Source: Chrysomallon squamiferum (lineage: Eukaryota; Animalia; Mollusca). From it: a DNA stretch of 64,000 nucleotides. Position 1 is the stretch's first letter. Each line of letters starts with the position of its first letter. The DNA lies in NCBI GenBank assembly GCA_012295275.1, contig CM022677.1:10354001-10418000 (forward strand), given 5' to 3'. This document shows, in pieces, positions 13,163-31,319 of the stretch. The position numbers were made by a program, and so were the translations under genes. Below the pieces are notes generated by a model. It searched no databases, was not told where the DNA came from, and saw only the letters and a list, made by a program, of their open reading frames with translations.

Positions 13163-14284
13163 CATTCACTGAAAAACTTCGTAAGATTCCTTTATTTTGT
13201 GATAGCAGAGTTGTTAAGAGTCATAGAGTACTGTTACTGATGTGTGTGTGATGTAAATAATGTGTGTAACATTAAGACAGATTCTAGAGGTTATAATACT
13301 GACTATGTTGAATGAGCAGACAAACAATACATCATCAAGTTAGCCCAAGACAAGGTGAACAAGTCAGTGTGTCAGATACTGATAATGTGGGCATGGCTTC
13401 CTGTGACTGGAAAGAATGTTTTCAGCAAAATAACAGTTGACTGCTTACAGAACTTCAGCTGTAATCAGTTTATTCAATAACTTACAGATAACTTGTATTT
13501 ACACAGATTTAACATACAGTTATTACTGATTCTAATAAATGTACTAAGTTTTCAAGAGATATCTCTTAATCTGACAACTTTTTTGTCTAAATTTTCTTTA
13601 TAAACTGTAATACAGGTCATGTTCAGTTTAGTGCTGTGAATAAATAATTTATTAAATTTGAATTAAAATATAACAAATTTTTTTTTAATTGTAAGTTGGT
13701 GATAACATTTACAAGCATATTCCCTTGCATATATATATATATATATATGTGTGTGTGTTGTATGTTAATTTAAAAATAATTTTTTTATAAAATTTCTTTA
13801 ATTACATGTATCTATATTATGCATACTGACTGAATACTTTTAACATTAATGTAACATAGGCGTTATTCTGTTTACTGGTTACATTTAATATACATTTGCA
13901 TATTTGTTTCTTTGTGTCAATGAATATGAATATAATTTACTGTTGTAAACCCATTTGCTTAAAATGGATGTTTTTGATGTGATGTGTCGTGATGTTTCTT
14001 AAAAACTACATTATTCTACAGTGTTAACTAGCTTTAACATCACGTGCATTTAGATAGGTAATTAATTGTACATTAACAACATGCTTCATTTTTATTATCA
14101 TTACTTGATTTCTAAATTACCAATGTTTGATATCATGTCTTTGATTGTGTTTGATAATAAAGGTTGTGACTATTTAAATGTTTAAGTAATTTTTGAAAAT
14201 TAATTGCTGTTGCAAAAACATCAGTTACTACTACATCTACTGCTACTACTACTACTATTATACTGCTCTATTTGTTTTTTGTTG

Positions 14285-14327
<43 letters not shown>

Positions 14328-15379
14328 CACCATCATCAATGGATTTCAGTTAATAAGATAATTCAACAAATCTGTCTGAACAGTATATGGAATATATCAA
14401 AGTAAATATGTCTGCATAGTAAATAAATTAATCAGCATTGTTACATAATAAGGTTATTGAGTACTTTTCTTGTTAATATTCCTGTATCAGTAATAGTTCA
14501 TTTATATATATATATATTTTTTTTTTAACTTTTCTCTTTTATATAATAATTTTTTTTTTAAATGCAGAAAGAATAATATCTAAGTAGCTGGTTGTGAGAG
14601 ATCTCTGCAGTAAACCTTGCTTTAGACCCATCAGCTTCATCTCCCATCATAAACAGCATCTTCCTTGCTGGATTCAGTCCTGGCTCTGCATGCCAAACTG
14701 CTTGTAATTCTGAACCATGGTAACATATGCAAGATGGATGAAGTGGTACTTTCTGGTTTAAATTGTTATTGCTGCAATAGGACAGTGTAGCATTATAATC
14801 ATAAAGGATTATATTCTGTTGACTTTAAAAATAATCCAGAATGGACTACATCAATGCCAAACTGTTGATTTTACCACCAGCACTGTGGGGCCAGAATTCG
14901 ATTAAAACCCCAAACACTCCTTGCCTTGTTACTAAACATTTATCTAATTGTTTTCTGCTGGACAAAATAATTCATTTTACGTTCACCTTTTGCGATTTAT
15001 TACAATCTTAGGTCTATAAAACTAACATAACACTCATCTTGAAATGTATTTTGTTCGTAGCCTTGTTGATTTCACTATTTTGATGACCACCAAACTCCAT
15101 ATGCAAACAGTTGATTATCTTAATCCTTTGTTCTAATGAGAAATATTAAGATTCTCTTCATATCGACAAATATCCAGAAGCCAAGCCAGAGCAGTTGCTG
15201 TGAGTTATGTTAGGCCTTACTCTAAATAAATGGAATCCTAATATTCTTATTATAAAAATAATGTTACCTTTTTGTCCTCTGAAGATTAATTGAAAATATT
15301 TTCCAATTTTTATGTTGCAGGTATGTTCATTTGCAATAAGGAATTATCATTATAAGGAATGATTATCACATTATAATTA

Positions 15380-15680
15380 TTTATATCATGAACAATTCTA
15401 TAACTTTATAGGTCTTTAAAATCTTTACCTACACATTCTTTACATGGCCCGATGTTTGACAATAAATATATGTGAGGTTGTTTGATGCAAAGCCGAATGC
15501 CATTAAAACAATTGGTCTTCACATCAAGCAGTTTCTGCTTCCAACATTGATTTTTCAGACATTTTGGAAACACCTATGCATTTTGTTCTTCCCTGGAAGA
15601 AATTAATCATTCCTTTGCATCCAAATATATTATTTTCACAGACTCACTTAAAAATCTCACACTAAACATCTCTCTCTCAT
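15380..15680 (+). mobile_element. Decayed I/Nimb-like LINE fragment
   Basis: It encodes SNIDFSDILETP-like and FVLPW-like motifs, recalled from the region preceding RNase H in molluscan I-group LINEs. It has many indels. Confidence 0.4.
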
Positions 15681-15859
15681 TTTAACCTTTAATAAAACAA
15701 AAAATTGTAACTTAAAATGTTCTACAAATTATTAATGTCCTATGAAGTATAATTCTAATAAATCAGTGTTTGTAAATAAGGATCAACTATTTCAATTATA
15801 TAATCACTGAAAATTCTGTATCCATGTAGCATGGACTGTTTCCTATAAACAGGATTGTT

Positions 15860-16200
15860 TTTAATCCTAATGAATACGAAAGATATAACATTATCAAAAA
15901 AGTAGCTTAATCCTAAAAACAATAATTTTAACCCTAATCATAATCCTCTGTAACCATAACTCTTTCATTCTGTCTAACCATAACCATAAAATCAAACCAA
16001 CCCTACCCTATTCCTAGAGCTGATCATAACCATAAAACCAATATAATTATTTTAAACCTAGTGTTTGGGTACCTGTAATGCTAAACCAGACACTGATTCT
16101 AATACAACCCTAATTCTAATCCTTACCATTACTTAGCCACACTTAACATAACACCCTAAAACCAACCCTAAAACTAACCCTAACCAAACCCTAATCCTGT
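15860..16200. repeat. Degenerate (AACCCT)-like repeat tract
   Basis: Multiple ACCCTAA/TAACC/AATCCT motifs, e.g. AAACTAACCCTAACCAAACCCTAATCC. Confidence 0.7.
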
Positions 16201-17163
16201 TATTATTATAAAAAATAGCAAGCAGGGGAAAATTTTAAATTATATATAAATAATATCTCAGATGAAACACCATTAAATAATGTGTAAAATTTAATAGGAA
16301 TGCAAAGCTAACAGAAAGAAACAATTTGATATTGTTAAGAATAGCTTTAATATTCAGCCATGTTACAGATTGCAATATTTGTTTTCACACTGGAGATATT
16401 TGTTAATAATATTAAAAAAGAAAAATAATTCATATTTTTAATGCATATTTACCATTAAAAAAGAAATAGTAACAATTAAAATAAATACAATAAGATTATA
16501 ATGAAGTTTGTTCTTTTAATAAATAAATAATATCTAATTAATTTCTACTATTATTATAACAATGATAAAAAAATTAATTTTATCATTTTACTTTTTATTG
16601 TCTAATAAAATTTATTTTATATAAGTGAAAGACATTCAGTTCCTGATGAAAAAACACCAACATGTTTGATATCTAAACAATTGATAAAGATATCGCATTT
16701 CAAAACTGTCAAAAAGTCCACTCTCCGAATGTAGGTATTTTAAAGATTTAGCCAAAAGAATTTAACCTTAAGCACAAAAAACTAATTTCAAGATATAGAT
16801 TGTGGCTTTATTTTCAGATTTTCGATTAGGTGATTATAAGAAATTCCGGGAACAAAATAAACTAATATATGATCTCATTCTGGTTTTAAACAACAATAAA
16901 TTAGCTTAACATCATGATTATGAGGTTGAAAATTCGCCATTTCTGGAAAAAAAAAAAAGTGATAGCGCATACCCCTAGCACTGCTAATTATTACTGAACA
17001 ATTAATCCTTAATGCCGTAATTCTGACAGTAATATTGTAGGTTTGCACTTTTTTTGTTTATAACACTGTAAACAACTTAACAGCCTGCTGCGGTACTGAC
17101 ACTCGAATTAGTAAACTGATTTCAGAACGCCTTTAGAATAGTCTCCCTTAGTTAGTGGTAAAT

Positions 17164-20100
17164 ATGGCGGGACGAGGTCGTGGTAGAGGGAGAGGTCTCC
17201 TAGCTGCTACTAGTCCTATTAAACCACAGTTAAATGCTGACGAAGGAGCTCACGGCGACAGTTTAGTATCAGAAGTTTTACATAATGATAATGTAAGTCA
17301 ATTAATTCATACCGATTACCGTTTTGAAAAATTATTTGAAACCTGTTACTTAAGAAATACACTCATACTCTATTACACTTTTACAGCCATAACTTAAAGT
17401 TGCCACTGTCAGAATTTTCAAGAACATAATTTTCTTAAGCCAAGTAAAGCAGATTAAAATGACACCAAGTTATCTTTGATCTGAAAAACGTTTCGAATTT
17501 TCATCTGAATAAAATTTGCCGGTATTTTTCCTTCAGAATCTATGGAAAAACATTTCAGTCTTTTTGCAACAAGCATTTATATATATATATACGATAGTTT
17601 CAAACCAGTAAAAGCAGCTTGTATTATTAAGTATGTGAACAAAAAATATCAGTCCCCAGAAATCTGAAAACTAATAACATAGATGGAAAGAGCTTTGAAA
17701 CACCTTTAAAACGACAAGTGATCAAGTGAATATGTTGAATATTAAGGAACTTAGGAAGTAACAGTAATTTCAAATCCTGTAATACTTACTAGTAATAAGT
17801 TGCTAATTTTCGTCCAATTAAGCACTGTTTAAGAGAACAGTGGTTTTCTGATGAAAAACTGCTATATTAAACAATGAAAAAAAAAAATTAATAATAATAA
17901 ATCCCAATTATGATGTGAGGAATGCAATATTTGGATTGAATGACGTGTAAAAATTAAATCAATACATCATCTGCTTGTTTGATTTGTAAATAGGTGGCCA
18001 TTTTTATTTTAAAAGTCCAAGACATCCAAAACTGAAGACAATTATGGATGAAAATACCAATATAGCATTAGGAACATCTTTTTCCATCATTCTTATGTAA
18101 GATATAACTAATTAAAGAATAATAAAGTTAACATAATCCATCTTCAAACATAGTCATTAAGTAGGAAGTTTGACACTGGTAGTCTGACACCAAACTGACC
18201 ATGTTTCAAAAAGTCCAGATAAGTTGCCTTACTTTCCACTGGCTGGTAGACATTCAAAGACAACAAGATGAAAAAAATTTAACATGTCCAGCTGTTTTCC
18301 ATTCATGTCACACATTCAACTTAAGTGATTCAGACGTGATGAAAATGTTTAATATTAAAAAAAATCAGATAGAGAAAAAAATCAGTCATCTGAACATACC
18401 TCTTCTTATATGTATCAAATATTAAAAATTACTGACACCATAATTATATAATTCTTGAACCCATTTCATGGAAAGCTAAAATGTGTCACAAACATCAGAC
18501 AGCCTTGACCTGTGGTGCATACCCTGTGCATGTCACACATCTATACAACTGCACAAGAAATGTTTGGTAATGTAGTTTTAACTTTTATCTGTGTAATGTT
18601 CAAGAAGCACATATTAGATAATCAGATAAATAATGACTGTAGTTTTATAAATTCTGATAATAACAAAATGACAGAACAATAAACATAAAATTAATATTTG
18701 TATGTATTACAATTGTTTTTAAAAAGATTTGAGAATAAACTTTTACATTTGAAAAATTAAAATAAATATATTAGTATTAGATTAGTAATCATATGCTGCC
18801 TTAAATAGTTTTCATTCAGTCAAACACACTGCATGAATTTATACATTCAGTGAGTTATCTTTCCTAAGTAGGGAACGTTTACTATAGACATTTTTTTTTT
18901 TTTTTTTTACATCTTATCTAAACATATAATTTTAGGAAAACATGTCTGCAACAACAACAACATCCTCATTACCGTCAAAATCTTCAGGATCTTTTGAAGG
19001 AACAGCAACTAGAGGATCATTCACATCATCATCATCCACAGCACCAATGATTTCAACATCAATGGCTACCGGAACTTCCAGTTCGCCAGCAGCCAAACAG
19101 TCATTCCCATTATCATCATCAACATCAACAACACCATCGTCAAGGCACAGGACATCATCATCAGTTGTAACAAAGAATACTGGAATTTTACTAAGTCTGG
19201 AGGAGTCACTGAACAGACTTGGTGGCTATGATGAGGACAAGGAGGTGTCAGAGATCATCAGTGTGATGAAAAGTTCAATGGTTTCTGCTGACAGTTTAAA
19301 AAAGTCGTCTGAAATGCTGTATCAGAAATGTGTGTCTGATGTGAACATAGCCAAAGCTGGAGCTGTTATCTGTAACTCATTAGCCTCAATCGAAATGGAG
19401 AACACAAAGTTCCGATCTTGCATTTTAAGTTATCTTCAAAAGGATTTTGAAGGTTAATAATCATAACAATAGTCAAGGAAATATTAATGAATTTTTTATT
19501 AGTAGAAAAATCGTCATCATTAATTTTCACTTTTAAAAAATAATCTTGTATATTACAATTTTTTTTTATATTAATGTTAGTTATTTTTTATTTTTTATTT
19601 TTTATTTTTAACAAAAATAATTTAATGCTGTAGGTTGATAATAGTTTTTGCAGAAATATATTCAGTATAATCATGAATTATTTTTGAAAGAAGAAATAAA
19701 AATATGAAATTATTTATAAAATTTGAAAATAATAAAATCAAATTGATGGTTGCTGTTACATGTAGTAGAAAACATGTATCTAGTTTTTTCTCATCTTTAT
19801 ATCAGAAATTTTGTTTTTGCACAGTTTAAATAAATTATCACAAATTATTTGCCATAAACTAAAATAAATTTCAGTGAATGTATAAAATATTTTTGTTTTT
19901 TAATAATGAATGATTGCAAACATTTGATATTGTTTACTTTTTTGTTTTACAGAGAGGGATAATCTTTGCAGAGAATCTTTCAAATTTGTTGGATTTTTTA
20001 CATTTTTGTGTCAAATATTTGGTGAGATGCGGACTGCGACAGGCGAACATTTCCGACCACTGATTGCTCCGATATTCAGCTGTGTGGACATGATGCTGGG

Positions 20101-22043
20101 AGTTGCTGATGGTGGCATTAAGAAAGACCACAGTGACAACCCAGATGAAATAGAATGCATCTTATTACAGGTAAACAAACTGAACGTAAGTTCAGTGGGT
20201 GATAAAAAGTTTCTATGATGAATACATTTATTATGGGCTTGATTTATTTATTTATTGTTAGTTATGTTTATGTAATAAAACTATTTTTGTAAGGATTGTG
20301 CAGACATTTTCATTTTTGTCATTTTTCACAGAGAAATGAAAATCAAACACTTGATCATTGCTTAACCTGTTTGCATCAACTATTGTTTTTATACTGTTAC
20401 TAAAATCTGTCAACAGAGACAGTTACTATATTTTTATTGTTATAATGAAATGTACATTTTAAAATTACTCTCATTAAATAGGCATAGGGAAATTTAACTT
20501 TGAAGCTTATGTGAATTTATATTTCATAGTATTGCATAGTTTAATTCTACATTTGAAAATTAATAAATTATATAAAAATGATAAAGCATGTTGTTTTACT
20601 AAATACTAAATTAAATTTTTTTTCTTTTATATGGTATTTTTGACTGTTTCAGTTTGATTTTGTATTTTATATTTTTTAATCATTGTCTTTTTAAAGTTTC
20701 AGTCAATAGGAAAAGAACTAGACAACCTGGATGCTGAGAAAATGATGAAACAATGGAGTCTGTACGAATGAAAATTATTAACAATGGGTTAGTTTTGTTT
20801 GTCATCTGATAGCCAGTATAATTCCTTAAAAGTGTTTACATTATATTCAAAAGACTGAAAATAATTAATTTGATAATGACTGAAAAATGCTTTGTGGTAA
20901 CTGTTAATTCAGTGCTATAATCTAACAGAAATGTTAATTTAAACACCATTCAGAAATGTTATGAAATACATGAGACTGATTTGTTTTACCTGGATTTTGA
21001 AGAAATAGTACAAAGTAATAATATCTGATACTGCAGGAGAAAGAAGCTCATTTTAATTCTAAATTTCAGGTGTGTGTGTGTGTAAACCTTGTAAAAAATG
21101 CATATGTGCCACAACACACTTTATTTTTTTATTGTCAAATTACTTAGTACAAGTATTTTTGTATGTATGATTTTATTGAACTGTATCTGAATACTGTCTG
21201 GCATTCAGTTAAAAGTGGCAGTGAGTAAATAGTCAACTAACCCAACTTTCCTCTGAATAATTGTAACTCAGCCAGCTTAATTTTTCTTAATCAAATTGTA
21301 TAATACGGTTTCTGTAACTGAAACATTTGACTCAGAGCTGAAACAAAATTAAATCATAAAACCAGTTTCAGTATTATGCTAGTGGGGGACCAATGCCTAA
21401 TGTCATCATGTTAATTTAGAGACACATTTCTTGAATTGTTGAGAGGGTAACATTTTATACACATTTTGCTTATGTATGTATGTGTCTGTATACCTATATT
21501 TATGTATGAAGGTATCAATTCTGACTTTAAAACCATGCAACTCCTCTAACTGGTTTGCTGCCAAGCCTTTCCTATAAATCCCTTTGATTCACTAAGCCAT
21601 GATTAATAAGAAAACAACCATATAAAAATATATTTCTTAAATGTTTCGCATTACAGTTTCTGTGCCTATTTGTATAATCGTGTGATAACTTAAGGAAATG
21701 AGGTCATTATATTATTTAAACTAGAAATGGCAATGCAGGATAAAATTTTAAAAATTCAAATGAGTTTAGCTTGGTGGCCACCAAATATTCTGATATTTCT
21801 AATAAATAGTTTTGATTAGTTACTGGTCATGTTGCAGGTTCGTGCTAATATTTCTTGTTAATCCCTCATTGAAAAAAAGATTAATAATTTATATATCTTC
21901 ATATAGATTTAGATTTGAGAGAGAGAGAGAGATATATATATACAGAGAGAGAGAGAGATATATATATATATATATATATACAGAGAGAGAGATATATATA
22001 TATATATATATACAGAGAGAGAGAGAGATATATATATATATAT

Positions 22044-22079
<36 letters not shown>

Positions 22080-22308
22080 TGTGAGAGAGAGTGAGTGTGA
22101 GAGTGAGTGAGTGAGAGTGAGTGAGTGATTTGAAAATTTTATTAATATTTTATTACAACTGGTTAATTACAGAACATCTCCACAGATAAGATGTATTCTG
22201 CTGGAACTGGTGGAATGTTACGGCAGAAAGTTTGAGCAGGCACCAAATGAAGTGACCAGGTTTTACTGTGAGACAATGGCTGAAATTCTAGCTGGATTGG
22301 TTATTTAA
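17164..22308 (+). CDS. CTIF: CBP80/20-dependent translation initiation factor (CTIF)-like MIF4G-domain protein. Exons 17164-17292, 18936-19452, 19953-20170, 20697-20787 (apparent 1-nt deletion), 22173-22308
   Basis: The spliced product has an N-terminal RG box (MAGRGRGRGRG) and an S/T-rich region. It then reads TKFRSCILSYLQKDF..RD...GFFTFLCQIFGEMRTATGEHFRPLIAPIFSC...QSIGKELD...RCILLELVE...TRFY. This matches the CTIF MIF4G domain as recalled (TKFRSLLLNMLQKDF...GFITFLCEVFGTMRSSTGEPFRVLVCPIY). Introns are GT-AG. Confidence 0.85.
21917..22128. repeat. Compound (GA)n(TA)n/(GAGT)n microsatellite in the last CTIF intron
   Basis: Directly visible. Confidence 0.95.
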
Positions 22309-23623
22309 TATATATTGTGATAAATCTTTAAATCATCTTATTTAGCTATTTTTTGTTTTTATTTTTATTGTAATTCTAATTTCAAAAACGAAACTGATTT
22401 AATATATTGTCTGTGATTTCTTTAACGGGACACACTAGGCACAAATTGACAGCATTTGAGTAAACAAAATTGTTTTTTGTTGTTTGACATGACTGTTCAG
22501 AAAATGTACATAAAAATTTAATTTTTCAGATAAATGTTTCAGAATATATAATAATGATGCATAACCTCACCAGTATATACAATAAGTGGAAACATGGTTT
22601 ATAATACTTCATTTTTATTTATCACTTGTCGGTTTTGTACTCTCCTAACATTTTTGGAAAAACTGCTGTATGAAAACTATTTGTGTTAGTTTCCAAATTT
22701 GGAATGTATTTATTTTCAAAACAAAAACTATAAACTGACAGAAAGAAAATGTTTTTGTATAATTAACTATTCATACAAAATGAATGATATATATGAATTG
22801 GATAATGTCTGGTTTTCATGTCCTAAATATCTTTATAAACTCAATTTCTGTATTTCACGGTAGCTTTGGGTCTGTAAGTTTCATTCTTATAACCTGTTTC
22901 CAATCTTCCTAGTCTTAGCAACATGAAAATCACTCATTTTCAACAGCATAAGTTTCATTGTTGAAACCCATTTCCAATCTCACTAGACTTAGCTACATGA
23001 AAATCACTCATTTCCTCCTCAAGTCTTTCCAAATTTTTGAGCTCTTTTGGCTGTCTCTCATTTCTAGCACATGGTTTCCATAAGGAATAAACTAAAGTCT
23101 TAAATGACACATGATCAAATACATCTTACACACAGACAAGATTTGGATATTGCTTTTATGGAAATGGTAATTCCTGCAGCATTATTAAGAGTATTTGGAC
23201 TGCTGAAATTCATTTAAAATTTAAAATATAAAATAAAGATTTTTTATTATCTTAGAGGAAGAAAAAACCCCCAGAAGAATCAAAGGTTTAGACTAAACAA
23301 AAAGGAAGAACAAATATATCAATATTTTATGTGCTTTTTTAATCATTCATAAGACAAATGCATATGAACTAAATTACTAAAATTTAAAAAAAGCAAAATA
23401 ATAAATTGTCATATTTGATATGTCAAAAACAAGTCTAAACAATATATTATGTCATAAAGTTACTAAAATATATGAAATGCAGCATAAATAACTATGAACT
23501 TTCGAAATTATTATTTTTAGATAGTATTACTAACAATTCAGAATAAATGGAATGTTTGTAATAAAAGTAAATAAGTAAATAAATAAATATAAAACAAATA
23601 AATACAGTAAATAAAAGAACTTA

Positions 23624-25465
23624 CTGGTAGAACTGGCTGTTGAACATTGTTCCCATACTGGACTTGTTTGTATTATTTCACACTGGTCTCTTGTCACACA
23701 TCTAAATTTAAATAAATGAATAAAACAATAAATAAATAAAGGGAAAGAAAGAATAACAAATAATAATAAAAGAAAGAAAGAAAGAAAGGTTATTCAGTGT
23801 TAGATTTTGGCTGTTAAAAGCAGTGAGAATAAAAATAGCCAGATGATTTAGAAAAAAAGGAGAAAAGTCTTGTATTGCCACCAGAGTTTAAATTATGAAA
23901 ACTATTAGCCATACATTCCTTTGAAGTGTATTCCTGAAGTTTTATTCCTTACATTAGATTTTACTAGAAAAACAATATATATCTCCACACACACAGGCCC
24001 ATACCTACATATAGTAATAATAATAATAATATAAATTTTCTAATGCAAAACAAATCCTTGCTGGAACTGACATCCTCTGTTGTGGACATGAGCAAAACCA
24101 GGTGGACAACACTGGCCTTCAGATTTACCATTTTTACTTGACCAGTAGCCACGGTAACTGCCCTCCATGTTATCTTTTTGTCCTTCCATTATAAAACAAA
24201 AGAAGGTATATGTGTGCATTCATGTTTTTATGTGTATTTTTGTTCAGGAACAACATCTTGTCAATATGATCAGTTAGTCAAATGAAATACTTTTTCTTTT
24301 ATTGGTTCTTAATTGTCGCACGGACAAACATATAATTATTTTTAAAAGTAATAATAATAAAACTAACAAAGTATAATTAAAGAAATAAGATATTCCCTAA
24401 TTTTTTTTTTGTAGAACCATGTTTTTTTATTATTCAAATGAATACCCAAATTAAAATTCACATTTAATTATTAATATAGTTAAAAGTTCAGTCAATATAA
24501 AGACACATTTGCTTGCACGAGCTATAAATAAAGAGAGATAAATAATTTACTTTTGTATGAAGGACAAGGAACATCAGCTGAACAAGACTGGATAATTCTG
24601 TTACCTACTGCTGATTTGGTTCCACATCTGACCACTGCCTCCACCAGTCTGTTTATAATCAGTACATGATGCCAGTGTGGAACATGACATGACTGAAGCT
24701 CTGTTTGTATCTGTGGCAATTTAGCAGCCACTTTTTTTTCCTCAAGAATATGCTTCTGTTTCAGACAGGACCACAACCTCCACCACCCAGTAGTACATCA
24801 CTGTTAAATACTCTTTCTAGTCAGAGTACAAGGTACTCGGCTGGTGTTAATTTGAGGAGATTTGGCACCGCAGCCATTTTTGGTAGCAACATCATTGATG
24901 CAGATTCTGGTTCTTGAAGCCAATTCCTGTTCCACAGCCGGCAGATAAATCACCATATGTAAATTCGGACCATGGACCCGTGTATGAGCAAGTGTATGCT
25001 GAAATACATGATTCTTGCTTAGTTTCTTTTTGAGGTGAAGTAGCACCACAAGCATTATTGTGGCTATTGTCATTATTGCAGATTCTCATCCGTTGTTTTG
25101 TCCACTGACCACCAGGTCCACATATTACTGAACTTGGAGTTGACCAGTTTGGGCATGGTTTTGATGGACAAACCACAACAGTTATGTCTACATCAGGGGA
25201 CTTTGCACACAACCAGTTTTAGAGGGGATGTCATTCTGACACGTTGTTGTTGTTGTCTGAGTTCTGTTTATGCTATTACCACATGAGATTGATCATTCAG
25301 TGTAAGTATATCCTGACAATGCTCCCCTTGTTTGCTGTTGATGTGTCTGGTTTCAGTAGCTGGTGAAAGTGAACAACATCCTGTTCATTTAGCTGTAACA
25401 TTATTGCATACACTCGATACCGTTGTCATTGTTACAAATTCTGATGCTGTGTGTTGTTTTGATTT
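23624..25465 (-). pseudogene. Decayed fragment of a TSP1-repeat plus chitin-binding (PIF-like shell/ECM) gene. Relic exons ~24552-25465, ~24040-24187, 23624-23701
   Basis: TSP1-like segments are present (CPNWSTPSSVICGPGGQWTKQRMRICNND; GPWSEF...CGTGIGF). They are followed by Cys modules YRGYW...EGQCCPPGFAHVHNRGC and CDKRPV...GTMFNS, which resemble molluscan PIF-like chitin-binding modules. There are several stops and frameshifts. Confidence 0.6.
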
Positions 25466-25582
25466 TTATAAACTTTTCTTCTTATTATTTAAAATCCAAA
25501 ATTATTTTTAAAAAATCTAATATAAAATTTGTAACTTTCACATTCAGATGAAGGGAAATTACTCTAAATAATCAGTTTTTAC

Positions 25583-29330
<3,748 letters not shown>

Positions 29331-29678
29331 TTCAGAAGTTCGTGGTCTAAGAGAAACAACTCTATTTAACACGCACGTTGGTAAATATACAAACAAGACT
29401 GAGTGTTGAGTAAACTAAATAAATAAAAACTGAACAGAAAAATGACAAACAGTTAGATATAAATACATAATTAATAATTAGATTATTTTAATGATTTATT
29501 CTTACATTATTGTCTTGATTTTGAATGGTTGTTATTAACATTAAAACATATTTGAAAAAAGCTGAAATTAATCAGCCTAAAAAATAATTTTAGCTCTATT
29601 AAAACCAATATCTTTTATAAAAACAGATTTGCAGTCATTTTCGTTTTAAAGAAAGGAAAATGAAACGATGTATGTATG

Positions 29679-29722
<44 letters not shown>

Positions 29723-30175
29723 TAATAAATTTTAAAAATTTATAATTAATTTGCTTCATTAATGAAAGTGAAATGGGTTCATAATACAAAATCTGGCATA
29801 TGTCACTATAATGCATTGTTAGAAAAGTGGGGTTTAGTTTTATCTTCCGATGCTATTGTAATTATATTTCCTGTTTAACAAACTTCATTTTGATTAGTAA
29901 CATTATGCAGAGTGATCTTGACTGTTCAAGATTTATAGTGGTATGAAAAATTCATTGTTTTTATTCAAGGGCAAATCGAAAAAAAAAAAAAGGGTTTTAA
30001 GCGAAATAGGAATTTTACAGTAATTAATTAAGTAATAATAATAAATCAAATAAACCAACAAATAATGGAAACTGGTTTGTTTAGAAACTGTTGAATTTAA
30101 TATTGGAATATTTTGCTCGAAATTTTATTTGATAGAATTAGCCGAATTCATCTAAAAGTAGTAAATCGAATTTAG

Positions 30176-30312
30176 CTCAGTCTTTTTTGTGTATTTACAA
30201 ATACGTTAAATAGAGTTATTTCCCTTAGACCATTAATGCTTATGCAATGTCTATTAATGGTCTAAGGGAAATAACTCTATTAACGGGTTTGTAAATAAAC
30301 AATAAAGACGAG
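30176..30312. mobile_element. ~137 bp near-perfect inverted repeat (MITE-like/foldback)
   Basis: The arms ...ATAGAGTTATTTCCCTTAGACCATTAAT and ATTAATGGTCTAAGGGAAATAACTCTAT... flank a 15-nt loop. A solo diverged arm lies at ~29343-29403. Confidence 0.75.
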
Positions 30313-30779
30313 AGAGAGAGAGAGAGAGAGAGAGATATGTACAGAATGCCGTTCAGTATGATTAATGTTCATTCTAGTACTTTGATTGTTTGTTTTTGTA
30401 AAATCGAACAAGGTGTATATATAAAAAATAATTATTAAATCAGATCATCTTTTGCTGGTTGACAATAAATACCGAAGATATTGATCAGTATATAAATAAT
30501 AAAACTAAAAACAGACAAAGACTAGTCTTTATTTATTTTTTTTTGTTTTAAAATATTTGAATGTGCCATAACATTTTTAATGTTAAGAAATAGAAAAATT
30601 TTCAGCATTATTTTCCATTTTGATTACTGTTTTTTAAATAAGATGCAATGGTTTGATTTTGTAGATGTCAGGATTTAAAACCGTTAAGAACAAATAATGT
30701 TTTTGTATTAAAAATATTTGTACTGCCTCTCATTTATGTAACAACCTAGTTATATTTTATTGTTATTTTACATCTTTTT

Positions 30780-30819
<40 letters not shown>

Positions 30820-31319
30820 TTTTCATTTTTTTCCCCCAGCTTTTTAATTGAATACAGATTATAAAATACTTGGAAGACATTTCCATTTGCACATATTTGA
30901 AATAATTTTTTGAATTTTTCTAACATGTGAAAGGCTAATTATACCATACTCAGAAAAATTCTGTTTATGTACATTTTTTCTCTTCTTTGATTTTTATCAT
31001 TTTTAAATTATGATTTTCTATTTTTAAAGATTCCTTATTGAAATAATTCAGTTATTCTTTCTAAAGTGGGAAAGGCAAATTACAAAAATCTGCTAGAAAT
31101 GTCTGAACAAAAATAACTGAATATTTAAGTTTTATTATCCAGACAGTTTCTTCTAATTAATAATAACAAAATCATGGTTAATGCAAAAAAAATTTAATTT
31201 TGTTAACAGTTTACATTAGAAATAAATTATCATTATCATATTTTTTTATTTTTTTTAACTTTTTTGGGAGAGTTATACAATATATCCTTATTACCACTAA
31301 TTACATAATTTAAATATAT

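Noticed and set aside
20697-20702. Tandem acceptor (AAG|TTTCAG|) as a rescue of the CTIF frameshift
   Set aside because: The two acceptors are 6 nt apart and in the same frame, so neither restores the reading frame.
21812-22084. RE/IY-repeat ORF
   Set aside because: It is a dinucleotide microsatellite in a CTIF intron.
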